A DNA stretch of 64,000 nt from a virus. The DNA is taken from IMG/VR virus record IMGVR_UViG_3300047471_000541, positions 3,861 through 67,860 of that record; one strand, given 5' to 3'. The notes beneath the pieces were generated by a model. That model was not told the origin of the DNA. It ran no database searches and worked only from the letters and a program-made list of their open reading frames with translations. The position numbers and the translations under genes are program-made. Each line of letters starts with the position of its first letter. The stretch's first letter is position 1. Below, one piece after another: positions 47,901 through 56,900 of the stretch.

Positions 47901-50900
47901 GCCTTGTCCTGCGCGTCTTTCCTGACCGCTTCGTTAGGTGATTGCAGTCGCTCGCGCGCTTCCTGCTCGCTGATGTATCCCGGCTCACCGGTTCGCATCT
48001 GGCGCATGATCCTCTGGAACTGTGGCTCGCGCTTGAACACGGTCATTACCGCCACCGCATCGTCGTTGAGTTTGATTTCCGCGGTGCGCTGCGACAGCGG
48101 TTTTAAGTTCTTCAAATCGCCGCTCACCATGGCCGAGAGCGTGACCAGTTTGTGAGCGAAAATATCGATGTTCCACGTATCAACCGGATGGTCGACGAAC
48201 AGGAACTCCACATGCGCTTTGGATTTCGTGGTCAGGCGGTTGACGCGCCCGATGTTCTGAATCCCCTCGATTGCGCTCAGGGGCGCGGTCACGATGATCA
48301 GGTCGCGAGGAACGCCTCCGTGAATGTCGTCCAGATTGATGCCGGTTCCCGCACTGTTAGGCGTCCCGAGCATAACCTTGATTTCGTTGCGCTGAAAACG
48401 GTCAATGTCGCGCAGGGAACGCTTGTTATCGCCGCCGTACACCCTGCCGATGGTGTTTTTCCCGTAAATTTTCTCCAGAGAGGCGTGAATCTTATCCAGC
48501 GTCCCCTCAATTCCCTGCTGGTAGCTCCCCGCCGTCCCTTCTTTGATTCGGGAAGCGAACACGATGACCTGGTTCCCTTTCTTGGTCGATTCTTGGACCT
48601 TTTTGATTACGGCTGGAATCTTCTGATTTTCCAGATACGCGCGCACCGTCATTCCAGCAACGCCACCCGCGTTCTGCGCGCTCTTTACCTTCACTCCCTC
48701 GTAAATCCGGCGATACATGGCGTCGGCGTGAATGAAAGCCTCGTCACTGATAGGAACTTCGACGAAGTTCACCTCCACGTTGTCCATCGGGACGTTGCGG
48801 CTAATCATCTTCCCGTTGCGCGTTAGCTCGTCAAAGATCGCCTCCTTAACCCGCTCAATGTCCTGCGCCGTGATGTTGTCGGGGTACTTGAAGCGAATGT
48901 CGACCTCGCCCGTTTCGGGGTTCACACTCCGCTTCCATGTGATGCCGAGACTCCCGTAAACCTCTTGAACCGCGGCGTCGCCAACCAGAGGAGCCAGATA
49001 AACAATCTGCTCGGGCTTATCGAAGGGCGTAGCCGTCGCGTACATTACGTGCTGCGCCACCGAAGAAAGATCGCTGCCGGCCAACGCCTGAGCTGTCTCG
49101 TATCCGGCGTTGCGTAACCCCTGCGCCTCATCAAAAATGATCGTTCGGAACGTCCCCTTCTTCACCAAGCCCGAACGCACATCGTTGTAGGTCGCCAGAT
49201 ACACGCGATCCGGCTTCACTTCGTCGCCCCTGTAACGCCACGCATCGATTCCCAGCATTTCAGCGTCTTTAGCGAAAGCGTTGTGAACAATCCGCTCGTT
49301 CTCGGTCACGATCAGTGTAGCGTGAACCATGCCTTGCTTGAGCGGCCTTCTCTTGGGCGAAAGACCGTTTTCTTTGCTGTAGTTGTTTTTTTCGGGATCG
49401 TACGGGAGCGCCTTGGTATTCGCCATCACTTGACCGACCGCGAGCTGCTGGACGGTCTTGCCGGCGCCGGGGCCGTCGTTGTTCAAAAACCCTGTGCCAC
49501 CGTCAAAAGCCCACAGCGCGAGGTTAGCTCCCCATTGTTGGTGGGGCTTCATGATTTTCTTAAAACGCTCCGGCAAAAACTGAACCCTGCTCTTTTGAGT
49601 CATCCCACTCCGGTTCATCACCAAGGAAACCGGCTTACTTTTTTCGCCAGTTGGTTTCTCGACCTTCTCGCCAGTGAACAGTTCACCCTGATCCTTGGAC
49701 TCTTTAGCCTTGGGTCCCTCTAGCTTGTAGCTCTCACGACGATTGGGGCGGTTCTTGTTATCCGCTTTCCACATCGCCAGATGGGTTTCAGCGGCCTTCT
49801 TCGCGTCGTTGAAAGTGGATTGCTCGCCTATAGCGTCAGCCCCACCGCCTTCGGGGTTGAAAAAGTGGATCGCAAACACCGACGGCTGCACCTCGGAAAT
49901 CGAGTAGGAAACACCGGTAGATTTCGAGAGTCCGTCCCAATGTCGGATAACGTGTTCGCCTTCCCCGGGCGGTTCCTCGCCTTCCTCGGGTTCCTGTATT
50001 GCGCCTTCTTTCCAGACAATCTCCGGAAGGTTATCCATCCCTGGCAGCGAATCGGTTTGCTTCGCGCCCTTCACCGGCTTCGCCATGAACAATACTTCCG
50101 GCGAGTACTTGGGATAAAGCCGAGTCGCAGATAAAACGGCGTCAATCCGTGAATCATGTTCGTCGTGACCGCTCGGCGTCCAATCCCCCGGCTGCATCTT
50201 CATCACCATTTGGTCGGTGAGTTGCGGCACCATCGGCCTGTGGAACGTAGTCGTGCGCCATTGACCGGCCTTGGTCGGTCGAATCAAAGCCCCAGGCACT
50301 TTGGATTCCAACGCCGTTTCGGTACGCGGCACAACCGGCGTTACGACAGAAACATTGTTCGGGCGCTCTGGATTAGTGAAAACGATCGGAGCGTTCTCGG
50401 GGATCTGGCTCGCCCAGTTTTTGAGTTGGTCCCAGTACTGATCGCGTTTCTGGATATGCTCGGAAAACGGTTCACCTGTAACAGTCGGCGGGTACTTCGG
50501 TGGCTGAGGAACCGCCATCAGCTTCGGCTTCTGCATGAACAGCGTCTGCTGACCACTCTTGTCTATACCAGGAGCCAGAATATCCAACTCGCTCTGACCG
50601 CCCAAGACAGCGCGCTTGGGTTCTGGCGGCTTCTCGTCCAGCGGAAACTCGTCCTCCGACTCCTGCAATTTGCGCGGAGTCTTGTTCGGATCGATGAGCA
50701 ACTTTTGCCCCAGCTTCTTCTCGTACTTAAGCCGCAGATCGTGTTCTGCCGGCGTCAACTTTTTACCCGAGTCCTCTTTCTTTTTGAGCGCCTGCAACAC
50801 CCGCTCCTCTGCCGTCATGCCGCCGAATTTTCCCGGCTGCATCATCGAAAGGGTTTTCAAGTTCTTGTCGCGGATCAACCCTTCGCCAAGATCAATGTTC

Positions 50901-53900
50901 TGAGACATTAAATCCTCGGCACCTTTTTCCAGAGGGAAGTAGTCGTTGACCGCCTTCTGGAACGCCTTTTTCGCCTGCGGCGTTTCAAAACTGTGGAACC
51001 ACTCGAAGATCGCCTCAATGTCGAGGTAACGACGATCAAACAAATTCTGCTCCAAGTCCTGCAAATACTGGATCGGCTTTATCCCCAGCTTCGCCCGTTC
51101 CTGCTCCATTTTGAGCATCGCCGTGAACTTGGTCATGTCCTGCCCGCGCCGCTTCATGGTCATCAGCGACGCAAGCCCGTTGATCATTTTATTCAGAGCT
51201 TTGGTCTTGTTGACCAGTTGGAGGGTTTCAACGTCGTCGATGATGTGACCGACCAGTACCAGCCGCGCGAATTTCGCACCCTGCTCGGTGAACCCGCCGT
51301 TGTCAGCGATAAATTTCGACCGATCGGTTTCACGCAACGCACCGTCCTTGAACATCGCGTTGACCAAATCTTCCGCCGCGGCCTCTTTCAATGCGGTCAA
51401 CGGCGGCTTGTTCAAATCCCTCTCGAACAAGTGACCGGCTGTATCGAGGGTTTCAGGAGTCAACTGGCGCGCGGCGCTGATCGCTTCAAATTCCTCGATC
51501 TTGGGCTGCTCCAAGGTCGTATTGAGAACGCGCCCGATTGCTGCTTCCTGTTCGGGTTCCAGAATGTCGTCGACAACGGCCATGAGGTAAGGCCAGCCGC
51601 CTGCGTCCTGCATATCCTTGACGAACTGTTTGTTTATTCCGAACGCCTCGATCCGCTTTGGAAGCTCCTCCTCGTATTTCGCCCTCTCGATCAGATCGCG
51701 ATAATGGCGGCGATGCCCGCCCAGCTTCATATACCGGCCTTCAACAAAAACAGCTACGCCGGGACCCTGTAAAAAACTCGGGTCTTTCGTGAAAGGAAAA
51801 CGCCTGTCATACCCCGGCTTATTGTCGGTTCGCTCTCCTGTCGTCTGTAGCAGGTAATCCTGAGTCTCCTTGAAGCTGGCGTCTGGTTGCTCGTTCTCAG
51901 GATTATCAACAACCATGCGGCTATCGACCAGCATGTAGGTGACCGCGATCTGGTCACCGTTAGGCATCTGAATGTACTCGTGGCCCAAGTCACCCGATCC
52001 CTCGTGCGATGGGATAACTTCGGCTTGGCTAATGTCAGTGTCCGAAATCGGGCCAGGACCACCAATCTCTTTGGGAACAGTAGGCGGTCTGCGAGGAACC
52101 TTGGACACTATCTGCGGCTTTGGCGCTATGACCACAGGCTTAGGATCGTTTTCCTGTTCCTTGGCGAGCTCGACCGCTTCGCGGAACGCATCCAGACTCA
52201 ACTCGTGGTCGGTTCCTGTCGTATGAACGTAATCCGGTGGCGCGGTATCTACTGCGGCCACCGCTTCCTCCACGGTGTCGTAACCGTCGAGCGCATCCTC
52301 TAGCACCGCTTGTTGCGCTTCGGAATCTGATAGATCCTCCTTTTTGGCGTGAAACTGGTAAAGCTCGTTGAGATCATCGCTCCGGAACGGCAGTTCAGTG
52401 TCCTGCTTGGTCAGGTCGTCCATCGCGCGCAGGCGCGCCTCGATCCACGGCGTTTCCGGCTCCTGTAAGAACGGGAGCAGTTTCGCCCACGCTTCGGGTT
52501 CAAAGTCAGCTTCCTCGGGAATGATGCCGTGAGCCAACTGGAACCTCATCCGTTGAAACTCAGCCGCCATTACTATATCCCTGAAATGTTTGGGACCGGT
52601 CCAGTTATAGACCTCTGGCATCAACGCCTTGATGCGCGGATTGAGTTCCTTCCAGACGCGCTCACGATCCTTGTCGACGTTAGCGCCCGAAATGATGATT
52701 TCTCGAATGTGGCCGGCTTCGCCAGCCATTCCACGCTCGAACGCGCTCAGAGCTATCGCCCTAGCTTCCTCTGGCGTTTTCCCGAGCGTGATTTGGTTTT
52801 CGGTTGCTATGTCAAGCGTGTCCGCTACAACCTCGGGAGCATAAACAATGTCGAGCGCGCCAGTTGATTTAGTGAAACGCGCCCCAATGCCACCACCGGG
52901 AATTTTGTCGGGCGCGACGCGAGTTAGCGGAACGCTTTGGCCGGAGAGTTTACTGACGCGGATGCCGCGTGGGAGGGCGTCGTGGTACTCTTGGACAATC
53001 TTCTCGGCCTCTGCATGGCGGTGTAACGCATTATCTGGTTCTGCCGGTCCACCCACTCCGGGTTCGCCTTCGCCTGTCGTTGGAGGCGTTTCAGTAGGAG
53101 GTAGTGTTTCCGGCCCAGTGCCACGAGAAGGAGGTTGCGCCCCTTTTTCCAATTCCGCAATCTTATTGTTCGCACCCTCCTTGGAACTGAAATAACCGTG
53201 ATTAACGCCGGTGGAGTCGTGCACCTCGAAGCCGTCCTGAGCTGGGACGACGCTGTATGTCACTTTGGCCGGAGCTTCTGGCGGCTTAGGGCCAACCGTA
53301 GGATCAAACTTTACGTGATAACCCGCTGGTTTTCCGTCGATGGTGACCGGCTCAACCCATGTTCCAGGTCGCTCGGCGGCGAACTCGTCAGCTTCCGCTT
53401 TTGTGCGGAACGGTTTGGTCAGCCAATTTTCACCTTTGCGCGGTGCTGGCTTTCCCTTGGGCTTCTCCGGTGGCGCACCATGCTTCTCTGCCGCCTTTTG
53501 GAACTCCGCTTTAGCCGCCTGATAAGCGTCCCACGCTGCGACTCGCTTGGGATCAGTGGACAGTAGATGCGCCAGCGCCTTGTAAGCGTTGAAAGCGTCG
53601 GTCTGCTTCTGGTAAAGCTCCTGCGGCGTCGCTACTTTGGGCGCTTCCTCTGCCGGCGCTTCGGCCTTGGGTTTCCCGTAGACAACGGATCCCTTTTTAA
53701 CGATTTTCCAGCCGTCGCCAGAGCGTTGCACTTCTGCCGGTGTGACCGACGTAATGTCTTTCGAGTGCAGGATCGCTGGATCGCCAGTGTTGTTGGTGAC
53801 GTCTAAGAGCGCGTCCAGATCAACTTTTCTCGAGTTTTCCCCGCTCAGAGCGTGCGGCACCGCGTAGTGTTTGCCTCCGACGCTGAGAACTTTCGCTCTT

Positions 53901-56900
53901 GCGGTGTCGAGAAAAGTGGGAGCGGCTTTGTCTTTTAGCTCGGGCGAGTGGGAAGAACGATCCCAGTACACCGTGTCGCCCTTGTCCAGAATTTCCGTGT
54001 GCGCTGGCGCTTCGCCTTTGGCTTCTGCCGGTGGAGTCGGCTCCGGCACCTCCGCTGTCGGTGGCCGCTCGACCGGAGCTGGCTCAGGTGCTCCCGCTCT
54101 CTCGACTGCGATTTTTCCTCGGCCTATATTGAAATTAATGTCAGCCGTAGGTAGAACAGTCTGTTCACCGTTCTCCGGATTGGTCAAAACTGTGTGACCA
54201 CCGTCAACTCCGTCAACACGCCAGCGACCAGCCCATTTCCCCTTGTCGATGGTAATGTGATCGCCAACGGCGTGAGTGTCTACGGCTGGAACGGCTGGAG
54301 GTTGGGCGGTTTCTTGCCCGGGTTGCGCCTCGGGAGCGGGAACCGGCGCTTGTCCACCTGGGGCGACGGTTGCGCCTGGGGCGGTGGTTGTGCCGCCGCC
54401 AGCGCCTCCAACGGGTTGTCCGGTTGTCCCTGCTCCTGCGGTTGTGGTTGGCCCTGCTGTGACAACTGGGGCGGGGGTAATTCCGCCTCCGGCTCCGGCA
54501 TCGGCATCGACCGGCTGAGTGATCGTGCGTGGAGTACTTTCTGGTTTACCGGTAGGTTGTGTTTGCTGAACTGGCCCTTGCCCTTGCCCTGCCCCTTGCT
54601 GCTCACTTGGTACATTGGTTGGTTCTCCTGCGCCGATGGTTGGTGTGACCGGTGTAGCCGGTCCTTTCTCGACTGGTGGCGCTTCCCCGCCGCGAATATC
54701 TACTGTCGTGTTCTTGATTGGCTGACCGCCCTGCAAAGCCTGTCGCGCGCTCACTTCGACCGTATTTGGATCCATCGGGAGCTGGCCGGTTCTTTGCAAT
54801 TCCAGCATCCGACGACCGAAGCCTTCATAAACTTCGACTTCCTTGGGAGTAAGCGGCTTTCGCATCGAAGCCAGCCTTGACGCACCGTCAGGATCGTTAC
54901 CGAAGGAAGCCGCCATTTGCGCTTCCATCTGCGGCGTCAGGTTTTCGTTGAGGCCGATACCGTTATCCATGCGCGCCTTGCCGCGCATCACAATGTCGCC
55001 AACCTGCGTCTTGTTGTAGCCTTCAAACTCGAGTCCGTGACCGGCTGCGAACGCACCGAGCAAAGCGGCCGCGCCAGCGTTTTGCCACGTTTCGCCCTGC
55101 GGCTGCAAACCCGCCGCGTGCATCCCTTCGTTGATAATTGTGTCAACGGCGACGTTGGTCGCTGCCGCCAGACCGACTTTGCCAATAATAGCTTTGGCTA
55201 CTGCCGCCCTCACCGCGCCGGGATCAGCGTCACTCGCGGAAGCCGCTGTGCGAATCGCGGCGTCCTCTTTCAAGTTCTGGACGGTGTTCCACAAACCGCC
55301 GCCGCTTCCGTAGTAACTCCGCGCAATCCCGTTGGCGTACCGCGCGGCTACGGACGCGGGGTCTTGCGCCGCCATAGTTTTCGACGCCCACGCTTGGTCA
55401 GCCGCAGACACAGGATCACCAGCGGCTGCGGCTTTATTGATTGCCTGCGCTCTGCGGAAGTTGTTACTGATTGCTTCGGCGGTTGTTCCTTCTGCCGCCG
55501 ACGCGCCAGCGAGCTTCCCGCCTATCGCTTCCACGCCACCGCTAATCGCCTTGGACGCGCCCTTGGTGAACGCGCCCGCGCCGAAACTAATCAGGTTGCC
55601 CGCCAGATCGTAGTTGGGATGCAGATCGCTTGAGGCCGAGAGCGAATGGATCGTGTCGTTGTAATCTCCGAGCTTCCTAATGAGCGCGCCTGCCGTGTGC
55701 TGCGCGATCCCGCCGCTGATCAATCCACCGACCGTTGCGCCAATAGGAATTGTCGCCCAATCGAGCGGTCCGCCTAAAGCGCCAATTTCCCCGCCGATAC
55801 CAGCACCCACAGGAAATCCAGCCGCAAACGCGCTCCCTTTGACCGCACCATTCAACATCGCCTTGAGCTCAGGATTATCGCCCGCCGCGGCGATCAGTTT
55901 GTTCCGATCGTCCGTCGCCTTTTGTATGGCATCCAGTTGAGGTTTGACTTGCGCGTACCTATCGGGATCGATCACTCCATCTTTCGCGGCCTGCGCCATA
56001 CTGCCCGCAATGTCTTTGGGGTTGAAGTGAACATTGTCCTGCGAATCCACCGCGTAAGGCTTACCGGAAGGGAAGACGTCAGGTGTCCCCATCTTGTCAT
56101 GGTTGGCTTCGGCGAAAGCATTGGCTGACTCCGGCCCCACGAACGTTCCAAGGTTCTTTCCGGTCTGCTTGTACTGCGCGACCGCCTCGTCGTGCGACAT
56201 TTCGTGGCCGTCATCGGCAATCGTCGGGATCAACACTTCGCCTTTGTCGGTTCCAACCGAAATCGATTTGACGGTACTAGTCGTGCCGTCGGCGTTCGGG
56301 ACGCGCGGGCGCGTGTTGTAGTCGATGTTCCCCGGCGCCGTCATGCCTGCCGCTTGCTGCGGCCCGTAGTTAGGTTGAATTCGAGCCGCTTCTATCGCCT
56401 GTTGCTGCGGCGTCACCTGCGGTTGGTCTGGTTGTCCAGTTGAACTTGTCCGAGGCGGCTGATCCAGAGGACCTGGCTGACCTTGTTGGTGAGCCATTAA
56501 CGTGTCGAGAGCCGCGCGCTCCTGATCGCGACCAGCCTGCACGCGGTCGCTCAAATCGCCCAGTTTGTCTTTCAGATCGTACAGACCGTTAGCCGTGTCG
56601 ATCGCGTCGGCCTTGCGCTGATCAATGTGCGCGCGAAGTTGTGTCGCTGCAGGAGATAGGTCCTTGGAGAACCATCCGTTAGTCTCGTTCGCCTGCGGCT
56701 GCGCGTATTCACTGTCGAAATGGGTATTGATCGCTTTAAGGATCGTGTCGCGGTCAGCGCCTTCGAGTCGCGGGTCTTGGAGAGCTGGCACGCTCGCCGT
56801 TAACTCCTTCATCATCTGTTTGTGCTCGGCTGTGCCAGCGACCAGATCGGCTTGATCCAACGTCAATTTTTTGCCAATCAACTGCGAAGTTTTCGCTATC

